Source: a virus (lineage: Duplodnaviria > Caudoviricetes). Taken from it: DNA of 57,786 nucleotides. Positions 1 through 10,007 of this stretch are shown here, in pieces. How positions within the stretch are numbered: position 1 is the stretch's first letter; each line of letters starts with the position of its first letter. Location: IMG/VR virus record IMGVR_UViG_3300020045_013637, positions 1 to 57,786 of that record; one strand, 5' to 3'. A program made the position numbers and the translations under genes. The notes beneath the pieces were generated by a model. The model did not search any database. It worked only from the letters and a program-made list of their open reading frames with translations, and was not told the origin of the DNA.

Positions 1-121
1 GCTCGGGTTGCTAATGGTGAAACGGCACTAAGAGAACGTTTTGTAACCGGTCTTGGTGATGGCTCTAATGACCGCGGGGCAAAGATGCTGGATAATATGA
101 TGAAACGTTTGAGAGCTCATA
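1..121. repeat. Terminal direct repeat (copy 1); assembly circularisation overlap
   Basis: 1-121 is identical to 57666-57786. Confidence 0.97.
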
Positions 122-195
122 AAAATAGCAATGGAGATGGTTTACCACCGAAAGCACATGATCTTTCTGTTTATATATTTGGGGAGGGTAATTAA
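1..195 (+). CDS. 3' end of the ejection-like protein that starts at 56181 and crosses the circular junction
   Basis: Frame from base 1 (ARVANGETALRERFVTGLGDGSNDRGAKMLDNMM...) is open to TAA at 193-195, which overlaps the next ATG; in frame with 56181. Confidence 0.85.
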   Translation, partial: ARVANGETALRERFVTGLGDGSNDRGAKMLDNMMKRLRAHKNSNGDGLPPKAHDLSVYIFGEGN

Positions 196-2423
196 TGGCA
201 AAAGAACCTATTTCAGCAACGCTTAATTCTTATATAACTCAATCACCCTTAGAAGAGACACAACGTACAAATGAGATACAAAAACGTTTGTATGCAGCTT
301 ATCTTAATAATATGGACTTGCATGATCGGGGGCTTGATGTTTACCAAGGGAAAACAACACCTGATTTTACGAATCGTCAAAGACAATCTTTTCGCCAAGT
401 TGATGAACTTAATAAATTAATAAATAGTTATAGCCAGGATAAAACTATTCCGAACCTAATTAATGAGGGACATAATTATCTGCCGCTATCTGAAGATTTA
501 GAAAAACGAATTCAAGAAGGAGGTCAACGGAATCCTCTTGAGACCGGAGCCTATTCTCAATATTTAGAAAATCCAAAATACAAACAATTACGTGATATTT
601 ATCGTCAAGAAGCCACAGAGCATTTCAAACGGGATATTTTACCTGCTGTACGTACTTGGCACGCCACTCATGGTACTTATAATACGCAAAATCGAGGTAA
701 TGCGGAAGCCGAGGAAACTCGTAAGTTTGCGACAAGAATGGGACGTGATTTAACTAAAATGCTTGCCGAACAGCATGAAAAAGCCGCTGATTATGCAATG
801 CAGAATGCACACAGAGCAAAAGAAGCCCAACAATTGGAATTAACGGGCCGACTCGCTACAAAAGGGGGTTTCTTACAGACAGCAGAAGCGAAACAAGCCA
901 ATCAACAAAATATTATTAATAATGAAGCTAAAAGAGCCGCTCTCGTAGGAGGTGTTGGATCAGCAGAACAAGAATTAGATCGTCAGTTCAAAGCTGAGGC
1001 AGCACAAAAAGCCGAGAAGGAAAGAGCTGCTCCTATGCAATATGCAACGGAACTCGCCCAAGCTTCTCAAGGTTTACCGGTTTCCCCTCCCTCGCACTTT
1101 GCAGTCCCTGTTCATGAAAGACCTGTGCCACCGAATCCACTAGGGGCTGCATCTGGTTTTCTTCAAAATGTATATTCTAATCTAAATCCCAATCAGAAAA
1201 TGCCGGGTGTTAAAGCAGGTGGGCACATTCCTCGTTTTGATGAAGGTGGTCAAGTTGCAGGCTTACCATCTCAACAACAAAGTCAAATGCCTCCTTTACC
1301 TGCGATGCCTAATGCAGAATACACCCCTGAACAACGTATTCTGTTACAAATGGTTCAAGGATATCAAAAACAATCTCCTATGGCTCGAATGTTTGCAACA
1401 ACAGGGGCCCATCAAATGGCTAACCTTAGACGTGACCCAACTGAGGTGTTTGGGGAGGGAATGCTTGCCCATCAACAAATAGAACGTGATGAACAAAAAG
1501 CGCATGTGGATATTATTCATAAAGTTGCAGAATCTCGAAATCAGCAGCATAAATTATTAACCGAAATGGGCTTTAAAAAGCGTGAATTAGATATTGATGA
1601 GAGATATAAAAAAGGACTGCTCGGTGTTGCTCAATCAAACGCTGCGACAGATAAAGCCTATAAAGAGGCACATTCAAAATTCTTTGAGGCTGATACCGCA
1701 ATTAAAAACAGAGAATTGAAAGGATTAAATTCAGAAACACCAGAAGATTTACCGACAAAGAAAATGACCCCTCACAGAGAGAAGTCAATTACTGATGCTT
1801 CTAATGAAGCACAAATTTGTTTGAATATTATACATGCTGCAAATGCAGCAGAAAAATCATTAGAAGGTATTGAAGGTGATAGCTTAACTCAAATTACCGG
1901 TGATTATCCAAAAGCAACATTAGGACTAGGGCCAATTATTGCGGGTGCTTATCAAGGAGTTAAACCGGATAAAATAAATGCTGCAAGGGGACATGTTGAA
2001 GAATTCATTTCTACTTTATCAAATTCAAAAAATACTAAAACAGGAAGAGCTGTAGCTCATCTGGAACAGGCAAAGAGTGGTAAAGGGGGATTGGGTCAAT
2101 CATCTGAATACAACAAAGATTATTTTGAGAAAGCTAGAAATATAGCTGTTGAAAATTATAAACTTGCAATCAAGCAAGCACAAAGATCCGGTGCATCTGT
2201 TAACGATATCAACGAAATGGAAGAAAAACTTGTTAATTTAGGTATTGATTCTCCTAAACATGATTCTGAAGAGAATGAAAGAATACCATTAACAAAATCC
2301 AATATCTCACCTAATGACTATTCGCAAGATGACTACACTAAAAAAATAGAAGAAACGAAAAGATTAATTGCTGAAAAACAAGCTGAAATTGCAGCTAAAA
2401 AGCAAGGAATGTCTCATGAATGA
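195..2423 (+). CDS. Putative internal virion / DNA ejection protein
   Basis: 742 aa, Gln/Ala-rich and helical, FDEGGQV motif, follows the tail genes; function from context. Confidence 0.6.
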   Translation: MAKEPISATLNSYITQSPLEETQRTNEIQKRLYAAYLNNMDLHDRGLDVYQGKTTPDFTNRQRQSFRQVDELNKLINSYSQDKTIPNLINEGHNYLPLSEDLEKRIQEGGQRNPLETGAYSQYLENPKYKQLRDIYRQEATEHFKRDILPAVRTWHATHGTYNTQNRGNAEAEETRKFATRMGRDLTKMLAEQHEKAADYAMQNAHRAKEAQQLELTGRLATKGGFLQTAEAKQANQQNIINNEAKRAALVGGVGSAEQELDRQFKAEAAQKAEKERAAPMQYATELAQASQGLPVSPPSHFAVPVHERPVPPNPLGAASGFLQNVYSNLNPNQKMPGVKAGGHIPRFDEGGQVAGLPSQQQSQMPPLPAMPNAEYTPEQRILLQMVQGYQKQSPMARMFATTGAHQMANLRRDPTEVFGEGMLAHQQIERDEQKAHVDIIHKVAESRNQQHKLLTEMGFKKRELDIDERYKKGLLGVAQSNAATDKAYKEAHSKFFEADTAIKNRELKGLNSETPEDLPTKKMTPHREKSITDASNEAQICLNIIHAANAAEKSLEGIEGDSLTQITGDYPKATLGLGPIIAGAYQGVKPDKINAARGHVEEFISTLSNSKNTKTGRAVAHLEQAKSGKGGLGQSSEYNKDYFEKARNIAVENYKLAIKQAQRSGASVNDINEMEEKLVNLGIDSPKHDSEENERIPLTKSNISPNDYSQDDYTKKIEETKRLIAEKQAEIAAKKQGMSHE

Positions 2424-4455
2424 AGAACTTACTCGCTTACAAGAAAAGTTAGCACAACTGGAAACAGAAAGTAAAAATCTCGATAAAAAACCTACAGAAA
2501 CATTAGGTTCTAAATTAATTCGAGGGGGGAAAGAATTTATTGTCGATCCTCTGATGGATGTTCCGGGAAAAATAGCTCATGGAGTTGCTAGAACCGGTAA
2601 AATAGCAGCAAAAGCATTAACCGGGCCTGCTAATCTTCCCGTCCTAGGCTATAATCTAAATGCTTATTTAAAAAACAAACCGGAATATATGATTGAATAC
2701 CCAACTGAAAAAGTTGGAAAATTTGTTGATTGGGCAACCAAGGGATACAGCAAGCCGAGAAATGACTTTGAACGAAATATTGAGCCTTATGAAGAGCTTG
2801 CATTAGGGATGGTTTCCGGTTCCGGTATTGGGAAACTGATAGAACAGGGTGCTAAAAAGGCTACTGAAAAAGGGATTAAATATTTACCTAATGTTCTTAA
2901 TAAAACTAGTAAAGTCATCAGTTCAGGTACTAAATTAAATGCCCCTACCTTTGCAAGAAATGTAGGTGCTTTATATGGCGCAAAAAAAGCAGGTGAGATT
3001 TATCCTGAGAATCCTATTATAGCTCCTATTATCGGAGCTACAATAGGGGGAGGATTCGGAAAGAGTGCATATTCTGCTGCTAATTTTGTTAGACCTAAAT
3101 CATGGGCAACTGCTGTAGAAGAAGCTGCTTTACGTCATCCTAAAATAGGCGAAAAATTCATAGAACAAACACCTGCTCGTTATGGATCTTCCGATATCAT
3201 GAAACAACGTCATGAAAATATAGGGAATGTAGCCAAAGAAGGGGTGAAAGGATACCTCGGTAAAGCATCTTCTATGTGGAGTAGATTAGAAAAGAAATTA
3301 GATGACACCGCAACTTTTTGGTCTGAACCCAAAGCATATTGGGGTGAAAAATCACATATGCCGGGAATCCCTAAAACTCATGGGATGAGTAAATATGTTA
3401 CGATGGAAAAGCCTTTTACAAAAATCATCAATGAATTTAAGAAATTAGACGATCCGGTTTTGCAAAATGATTTCATGATAAGCCCTATCGGACGGGTACT
3501 TAAAAAAACAATGAAGTTACCGTCTACATTATCAGGGGAAGAATTTGCTCATGTTATAAAAGACCCTAAGATAATGAATAAGTTATTAAGTACTCAATAT
3601 TCAGTTTCAGATTTATTGAAATTACGCCGGAATATAGACAATGATATTTCTAAAAAAGGGCAGATGCCAATAGGCACTTATGATGAACGAGAATTAAGGA
3701 ATTTCAGAGGAAGTATAAAAAGTGCGCTTAATGACAAATTTGAAGCATTAGGGACCGTTCCTTATAGTCAATGGAAACGATATAATTCTAATTATGAAAA
3801 ATATGCAGCTACTAGAACAGATAAAATCAATGATGTTTTAAAACATAAGTTTGAACCCGGAAAAGCATATGATGCTTCTCTACAAGATTTGAATGAATAT
3901 GCTAAATATCCTGAATTTGTTGGTAATACTCTAAAAGGGGAAGGTAAGGCTACTTTTGGAAAATCAATTCTTCGTGACCTAGGTCGAAAAGGGAAATATT
4001 TTGATTTAGAGACGATTTCTAAGAACTTTCATGGTCTAGAAGAGGAAGCACAAAATAGAATATTAAAAATTCTTGATCCTAAAACAAGGGGTGATTTTAT
4101 CAAACAACTGGATATTTATGAGGGTTATAATAAAATCAAGAATCAAGAAAATAATGTTATCGATGCTTTATTAAGAACACCGGGACTCTCAGTTAGAAAA
4201 GCACTTCTAAAAGTAAAAGGTAAAAAGGATCTTGATAAGAAATTTTCAACTCCGGAAGGAATTGAACGTCTGGAAAAACGTGCCTTATCCGGAAATGATT
4301 TAGAGCCGTTAGAAAAAACATCTTCTATTTTATCATCTCCTATAAGAGTATTACCTCAAATAAAAGAGTCCTTGGAAAACCAAGATCCTGAATTAAATTC
4401 ATTATTTAAAAAAGCTCAAGACCTAGGTGTTGATATTTCGCACATTTGGAAATAA
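2416..4455 (+). CDS. Putative large internal virion / ejection protein
   Basis: Likely start at ATG 2416 after AAGGA; Gly/Ala-rich hydrophobic segments; last of the ejection-like cluster. Confidence 0.55.
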   Translation: MNEELTRLQEKLAQLETESKNLDKKPTETLGSKLIRGGKEFIVDPLMDVPGKIAHGVARTGKIAAKALTGPANLPVLGYNLNAYLKNKPEYMIEYPTEKVGKFVDWATKGYSKPRNDFERNIEPYEELALGMVSGSGIGKLIEQGAKKATEKGIKYLPNVLNKTSKVISSGTKLNAPTFARNVGALYGAKKAGEIYPENPIIAPIIGATIGGGFGKSAYSAANFVRPKSWATAVEEAALRHPKIGEKFIEQTPARYGSSDIMKQRHENIGNVAKEGVKGYLGKASSMWSRLEKKLDDTATFWSEPKAYWGEKSHMPGIPKTHGMSKYVTMEKPFTKIINEFKKLDDPVLQNDFMISPIGRVLKKTMKLPSTLSGEEFAHVIKDPKIMNKLLSTQYSVSDLLKLRRNIDNDISKKGQMPIGTYDERELRNFRGSIKSALNDKFEALGTVPYSQWKRYNSNYEKYAATRTDKINDVLKHKFEPGKAYDASLQDLNEYAKYPEFVGNTLKGEGKATFGKSILRDLGRKGKYFDLETISKNFHGLEEEAQNRILKILDPKTRGDFIKQLDIYEGYNKIKNQENNVIDALLRTPGLSVRKALLKVKGKKDLDKKFSTPEGIERLEKRALSGNDLEPLEKTSSILSSPIRVLPQIKESLENQDPELNSLFKKAQDLGVDISHIWK

Positions 4456-4547
4456 TTTCTTTCTATTCTTGTTGTACACTAAGATTGTAAAATATAAGAT
4501 ATAAGATATAGTCACTAAAAACCTAATTAAAGTCGACCCTATGCAAT

Positions 4548-4859
4548 GTGGACACTATCAAAACAAAAGGAGTTTTATGTATGAATGTACAAATGATTTC
4601 AGCTGTTTTCGAAGATTCTCCGGTTAAAATAAAAGAACTCGTAGATGGTGGGTTTGATCTTAATCTTTGCAGCTCTATTGTTATGCCGCCACTTCATCGG
4701 GCCGCATTGTACGGGAAAATAAAAGCTCTTCAGACTCTTCTTGACTTAGGTGCTGATAAAAATCTAAAAGATAAAGATAATAGAACGCCTTTATATTGGG
4801 CACGTAAATGTAATCATGCTGAAATAGTAGATATATTACAAAAAAATAATGGGATGTGA
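4548..4859 (+). CDS. Ankyrin-repeat protein
   Basis: PPLHRAALYGKIKALQTLLDLGADKNLKDKDNRTPLYWA...HAEIVDIL fits the ankyrin consensus. Confidence 0.9.
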   Translation: MDTIKTKGVLCMNVQMISAVFEDSPVKIKELVDGGFDLNLCSSIVMPPLHRAALYGKIKALQTLLDLGADKNLKDKDNRTPLYWARKCNHAEIVDILQKNNGM

Positions 4860-4865
4860 TTATTC

Positions 4866-6491
4866 TTGGCTGCTTTTATCACTCAAGAATTAAGAAAACT
4901 TGCGGAAAATGCCTTTTTTCCTAAGAAGAATCTATCAGCCGTGGAATGGCTTGATAAAAAAAAGTGCGAAGATTCTTTTACCTATTTTATTTATAGATTT
5001 TGGCCTCTCATTGAAGGGCGTCCTTGTATTGAAGAATGGTATATTGAGGTTATTGCAGAGCATTTAGAAGCTCTTTATCGACTGGAAATTAAAAACCTCT
5101 TGATCAATCAGCCTTTTAGAACGGGGAAAAGTCTTATTTGCTCTGTCCTTTATCCCGCTTGGCTGTGGGTTAAGAACGCAAACTTAAGATTTATCTATAC
5201 CACTTACAAAGAAGAATTAACAATTCGTGATAGCCGTCGTTGCCGTCAGGTTATTCGGCTTCCTCTTTATCAAAAATATTGGGGAGATAAGGTCGTTCTT
5301 GATAATGAAACGAACAATGTAACGCGTTTTGCTACGTTAGCGGGAGGGTGGAGATTAGCGACATCGGTTGAAGGTGGTAACACGGGTGAAGGGGGTGACT
5401 TTTCTTGTATCGACGATCCAAATAACATAAAATCTGTCGATTCTGAAACGGTAGAAGAGTCTACAAATAACTGGCTTGACCGTGTTATGACGTCTCGCGT
5501 TATGAAATACGAAGATCATAGACGTCTGGTTGTTCAGCAAAGAGCGGGCCTTCGTGATCTATCTGCTCATATCATTAAGAAAGATGCCAATGCGAGGACT
5601 TCCTCCTGGACAAAGCTTATTCTACCAATGGAATATATTCCCTCCCGCAAGTGTATAACGGTTCCTCTTCCGGCTACGAATGGTTTACCATGGGAAGACC
5701 CCAGAAAGAAACATGGGCAAATCTTATGTCCTAAATTATTTAGTGAAGCGGATCTTCAAAGCATCAAAGATCAATTCAATAATGATGCTCATACGATAGC
5801 CTGTCAGTTGCAGCAAAATCCGACCCCGGAAATTGGGGGGATGATCAGACCTCAATGGTTTAAGCATTGGGATCAGAAATTTATGCCTCGTTTTATTTAT
5901 GTACTTCAGTCCTGGGATACAGCCCTTGTTAAAAACACTAATGCAGCATACAGCAGTGCCACCACATGGGGTATTTTTAAAGATAACGATAATAACAATA
6001 ATATTATGTTACTAAGTCTCTATGCCGGGCAAATTGAATATCCGGATTTAAGAAAAATGGCACTACGTTTGTCTTACAATTATGAGGATGTTGATTTAGA
6101 TGATCCTATGCCTCTACCTCCCAAAAGAGCACCCAATAAAGTTGTTATAGAAAAAAAGGTATCAGGGTATTGTTTGCATGATGATATGTTTATGGCTGGG
6201 ATTCCGGTTGAGGGCTTTAATCCCGGACGTTATGAATCTAAGAAATCACGATGCCGAAATGTGAGTGATTTAATGGAACGCGGTCTTGTTTGGTTACCTT
6301 GTAAGCCTGATCAAGAAAAGTCCTTTACCTCTTATTCTAAAGAATTTCTGGACGCAGCGATTGCTTTTCCAAGTTCACGAGCAGGTTCAAGTGCTAATGA
6401 TATCATTGACAGCACTAGCCAAGCTTTTATATTATTAAAAGAAATGGGAATGGTCAGTAATACAGAGGTTTCACCACTTTATATACATTAA
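4866..6491 (+). CDS. terL: Terminase large subunit
   Basis: Walker A INQPFRTGKS, Walker B CIDDP, nuclease motifs QSWDTA, VIEKK and NDIIDSTSQA. Confidence 0.93.
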   Translation: MAAFITQELRKLAENAFFPKKNLSAVEWLDKKKCEDSFTYFIYRFWPLIEGRPCIEEWYIEVIAEHLEALYRLEIKNLLINQPFRTGKSLICSVLYPAWLWVKNANLRFIYTTYKEELTIRDSRRCRQVIRLPLYQKYWGDKVVLDNETNNVTRFATLAGGWRLATSVEGGNTGEGGDFSCIDDPNNIKSVDSETVEESTNNWLDRVMTSRVMKYEDHRRLVVQQRAGLRDLSAHIIKKDANARTSSWTKLILPMEYIPSRKCITVPLPATNGLPWEDPRKKHGQILCPKLFSEADLQSIKDQFNNDAHTIACQLQQNPTPEIGGMIRPQWFKHWDQKFMPRFIYVLQSWDTALVKNTNAAYSSATTWGIFKDNDNNNNIMLLSLYAGQIEYPDLRKMALRLSYNYEDVDLDDPMPLPPKRAPNKVVIEKKVSGYCLHDDMFMAGIPVEGFNPGRYESKKSRCRNVSDLMERGLVWLPCKPDQEKSFTSYSKEFLDAAIAFPSSRAGSSANDIIDSTSQAFILLKEMGMVSNTEVSPLYIH

Positions 6492-6539
6492 AAAAAGCTT
6501 AGGAGTTATCTTTTTTTATATTTCAGAAAATGAGAAAAA

Positions 6540-9092
6540 ATGAATACTTTGTCGGGTTCGAATTTTCAAGCCCCTAATAATATACAACCACCTGAGGAAC
6601 TCCCAAATATACCTCAGGATGTTAAAAAATTCCCTGATGGGAGCATCTTAATTGAAGAGCCTATTGACTTAAGAGACGCTCTCACTTTAAACGATCAAGA
6701 GAATATTATTCATAAGATTGATCGTGGTGAATTGGCCATGATGGCTGATCAAATTTACAAACTTGTCGAAGGGGATGAAATTTCCTATGAACCCTTTAGA
6801 AAACAAGCAGATCAATTTATTAATTTATTAGGGTTGAGTAGTACGGATGGTAGCTTAAAACCTCTTTTGCATGAAGGGGACGACCCTGACATTAAAAGTC
6901 CATCCCTTGTTAAAACATTCACGAACTTGGTTCTTTCTATTGGGCAACAACTCTTTCCTTTAAATGGTTTAACCGATACTCAGATTCAAGGAAAAACAAC
7001 AGAATTTGCCGAACAAAGGGCATCAGTTAAAAAAGAATTTGCGAATGATTATTTCGATAACCATCTTAAGGATTTTAGAGAAGAAGGTTACCGTGTTATT
7101 TCTTGGGCATTGATTTTTGGGTATGGCATTAAGAAAGTCTTTATCGATCCAATTACCCTAAAGCCCACCTCTAAGTTCATTAAAAATAATGATTTTATTA
7201 TTCATTATGATCACTCATCAAGTTTTGGAGCTCAAAGAAAAACACACCGGATCACTTTAACCCAAAGAGAATATGCCTTACGCTGTTTAAATGGCTTCTA
7301 TGTTAATGAAGCTGAGTTAATGGATGATGACACAAACACAGATCAGATCAATCAAGCTCTAACACGTACTCAATCCGTTAATCCGGACAATAGCGATGAC
7401 GAAAACAAGACTTATGAAATCTGGGAGGTTGAATGTGATTATAAGTTAAAAACATACAAAGGTTCGGGTGGTTATGATATTCCGCTCACCTACATTCTTT
7501 CCATTGATAAAAAAACCAGGAAGCCAATTCGATTAGTGCCTAATTGGCATAAAGATGACCCCTTAAAGAAATCACTTTCCCCCTATATTATTTATCCTCT
7601 AGTTCCTTTTCTGTCCGGTCTTGGTTTGGGACTCCTACATCTATGTGGCGCAGCCGCGACAGCATCTTCCGAGATCTTACAAATCTTAATTCGTGCCGGT
7701 GAGTTTGCAACAGAGCCTGCCGGTCTTCTTAATTCGAATGTTCGGATTACTCAAACCGATATCGGTAAGGCGATTCCGGGTAAATATCAAACGGTGATGT
7801 CATCGGGGCCTATTGGCGATAACTTTATTGAGATTAATAGCAAAGAGCCGAGCCCTACATTAAAAGAGGTCATGGGTAAGCTTGATGATTTCGTTCTCTC
7901 GTTTTCATCACTAACTGTTGACCAGTTAGCCCGATTAACAGACCAAGCGGCAGTCACAATGCTCAGTTTGATCTCTGAAATTCAAAAAACACCAAATGCA
8001 ATTCTTCAACGATTTTATCAAGCATTTACAGAAGAACTAAGTCTTTTTAATGATCTTTTTTACGAATGGATGGGGTCAACCCAATCATATGAATTCTTAG
8101 GAAAAACAGAAGTTCATCAAGTCACACAGCAAGATTTTATTTCATACCCCCTTACCAATCAGGATGGAACAATTATCCCCGTGATAAAGCTTGTTCCTGC
8201 TGCTGATTCCTCTATGAAGAATTCAACGTATCGGCTATTAGAGTCTGAGGTGGTTCTAGGTCATGCGATGCAGCAACCGGCTCTTTTTAACATGCCTGAG
8301 GTTATGAAGTTTGTTCTGGGTAATATGGGCTTGGATGATACCTTAGTAACAACACTATTAGCTCCACCCACACAACCGGAACCACTTCCACCTGCTGTTG
8401 ATCCTATTACAGAAAATCAAAATCTCCTTGCCGGTAAGCCTGTTAAAGCTTATCCGTTCCAAGACCAAGAAGCCTATATTACAGTTAACAGTCTCTTATT
8501 AAATTATCCGGATCCTCAAATTGTTGCTAATACTCAAGCATTAATTCATGAACGTCACGGTTTTGTTCTCATGAATCAATTCCAAAGTGTATTAGGTCAG
8601 CCCATGCCGCAAGACCCCTCTCAACTACCACCGGAGCAACAGAATCAATTGGCTTTAGTGGCTGCTAATTCTGTTAAGCAGAATTTGTTAACCACTCCCG
8701 GGGTTGTTCCAAAGCCGGCTATGGAGCCTAAAGATCAAATTGCGATGGAGAAAATTAAAAGTGATCATCAAATTTCCATTAGCGAACAACAGATTAAAGA
8801 AAAAAGAATTAATGCGGATCTTGAAATCGCACGTCTCGAAACACAAATGCAATCCCGAAAAGCAGATCAAGAAGCCCGTGAAGTAGATATCAAATATGCA
8901 TTTGAACAACAGAAGTTAGAGTATGAACATCATATTAACGAACAAACGACACAGTTAAAAATGGAAATTGATAAAGAAAAGCATGAAAGAGAAAACCTTT
9001 CGACTATAGTAAATCTATTGCGAGATGCTGTGGAACAGCATAATATTATTAAGTCAACTTCTGTTAATGGAGATAAAAATGAAAACATGTAA
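6540..9092 (+). CDS. Portal protein
   Basis: 850 aa directly after terL; GYGIKKVFIDP, GLGLLHL and DPITENQ motifs; C-terminal coiled coil typical of podoviral portals. Confidence 0.82.
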   Translation: MNTLSGSNFQAPNNIQPPEELPNIPQDVKKFPDGSILIEEPIDLRDALTLNDQENIIHKIDRGELAMMADQIYKLVEGDEISYEPFRKQADQFINLLGLSSTDGSLKPLLHEGDDPDIKSPSLVKTFTNLVLSIGQQLFPLNGLTDTQIQGKTTEFAEQRASVKKEFANDYFDNHLKDFREEGYRVISWALIFGYGIKKVFIDPITLKPTSKFIKNNDFIIHYDHSSSFGAQRKTHRITLTQREYALRCLNGFYVNEAELMDDDTNTDQINQALTRTQSVNPDNSDDENKTYEIWEVECDYKLKTYKGSGGYDIPLTYILSIDKKTRKPIRLVPNWHKDDPLKKSLSPYIIYPLVPFLSGLGLGLLHLCGAAATASSEILQILIRAGEFATEPAGLLNSNVRITQTDIGKAIPGKYQTVMSSGPIGDNFIEINSKEPSPTLKEVMGKLDDFVLSFSSLTVDQLARLTDQAAVTMLSLISEIQKTPNAILQRFYQAFTEELSLFNDLFYEWMGSTQSYEFLGKTEVHQVTQQDFISYPLTNQDGTIIPVIKLVPAADSSMKNSTYRLLESEVVLGHAMQQPALFNMPEVMKFVLGNMGLDDTLVTTLLAPPTQPEPLPPAVDPITENQNLLAGKPVKAYPFQDQEAYITVNSLLLNYPDPQIVANTQALIHERHGFVLMNQFQSVLGQPMPQDPSQLPPEQQNQLALVAANSVKQNLLTTPGVVPKPAMEPKDQIAMEKIKSDHQISISEQQIKEKRINADLEIARLETQMQSRKADQEAREVDIKYAFEQQKLEYEHHINEQTTQLKMEIDKEKHERENLSTIVNLLRDAVEQHNIIKSTSVNGDKNENM

Positions 9093-9264
9093 ATCTGTAA
9101 TGAGTAAGAAATCTTCCGGGGGATCTATCCCTCCAAATCAATATGCTAGTGGTGGTTCTGTTAGCCCTACTGCAAGCGTCATGAAAGGAAGTGCAGGCGC
9201 AAAACATTCCGGTTCTGACTCTACAGCTTCCGTTATGCGTGGAAAAGCTGGCGCATCTCGTTAA
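9079..9264 (+). CDS. Small basic protein with GG motifs
   Basis: ATG 9079 after GGAG; KSSGGSI and YASGGSV; internal repeat TASVM(K/R)G. Confidence 0.6.
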   Translation: MKTCKSVMSKKSSGGSIPPNQYASGGSVSPTASVMKGSAGAKHSGSDSTASVMRGKAGASR

Positions 9265-9279
9265 TTATTAAACTTAGAA

Positions 9280-9525
9280 ATGGATAGAATAACAATGGAT
9301 GAAACAAAAGGTTTTATAGATTTTTTAACAGGTGAGTTTCAAAAGAATATCACAGCCTCAAATCAGAGTGTCGTTATTCATGCATCAACGCGTGATTGTT
9401 TACAAAGAATATGTGATCAACTTCCAAAATATCTAGAGCTATATAAGAGTAAACAAGTCTCTTCTGATTCCCAAGATGTTCCCCAACTTGAAGATGGAAC
9501 AACTGAGGGGTCTGATGCAGCTTAA
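9280..9525 (+). CDS. Hypothetical phage protein
   Basis: ORF within the head operon. Confidence 0.6.
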   Translation: MDRITMDETKGFIDFLTGEFQKNITASNQSVVIHASTRDCLQRICDQLPKYLELYKSKQVSSDSQDVPQLEDGTTEGSDAA

Positions 9526-10006
9526 CGATACTCGTTGTTTATGGAAAAAACCGTGGTGGGTTTCTCAAAAAGAACCACCACCGTTAACAGCTGAAGAACT
9601 TGATCCATCGCGAGATATATGTCGAGAGCAGATCGGTGTTTCTCCTTTAGTCAAGGGGCGACGACTCCTTTTAAGAGCCCCCATTCTCTATTCTGAGAGC
9701 GGGATGCTCTACCCGGAATTAAGCCAAGATAATCAGAGTAAAAAGGTTCAGCTTGGCTTTATTCTGGTTGTTGGAGAAAGTGCCTATCCTGAATCAGACA
9801 CCTATGGAAGAGACGGCTCTCAAGTGTTCTGTCGTCCGGGTGATTGGGTTGAGTATGCCTTTTGGGAGAAATGCGAATCAATTCTCAATGTCAATTCTGT
9901 TGATAAAGATGGTGATTACTACCAACTCTATTATGTAAATGATCTCCATGTGAATTCTGTAATACAACCAAAAGACTACCACATTATTTTAGGGAATAGG
10001 TGTTAA
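9515..10006 (+). CDS. GroES-like co-chaperonin
   Basis: GRRLLLR...SGMLYP...GFILVVGESAY...FCRPGDWV...NDLHVNSVI matches the phage Cpn10-like pattern; lies between portal and scaffold. Confidence 0.72.
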   Translation: MQLNDTRCLWKKPWWVSQKEPPPLTAEELDPSRDICREQIGVSPLVKGRRLLLRAPILYSESGMLYPELSQDNQSKKVQLGFILVVGESAYPESDTYGRDGSQVFCRPGDWVEYAFWEKCESILNVNSVDKDGDYYQLYYVNDLHVNSVIQPKDYHIILGNRC

Positions 10007-10007
10007 A

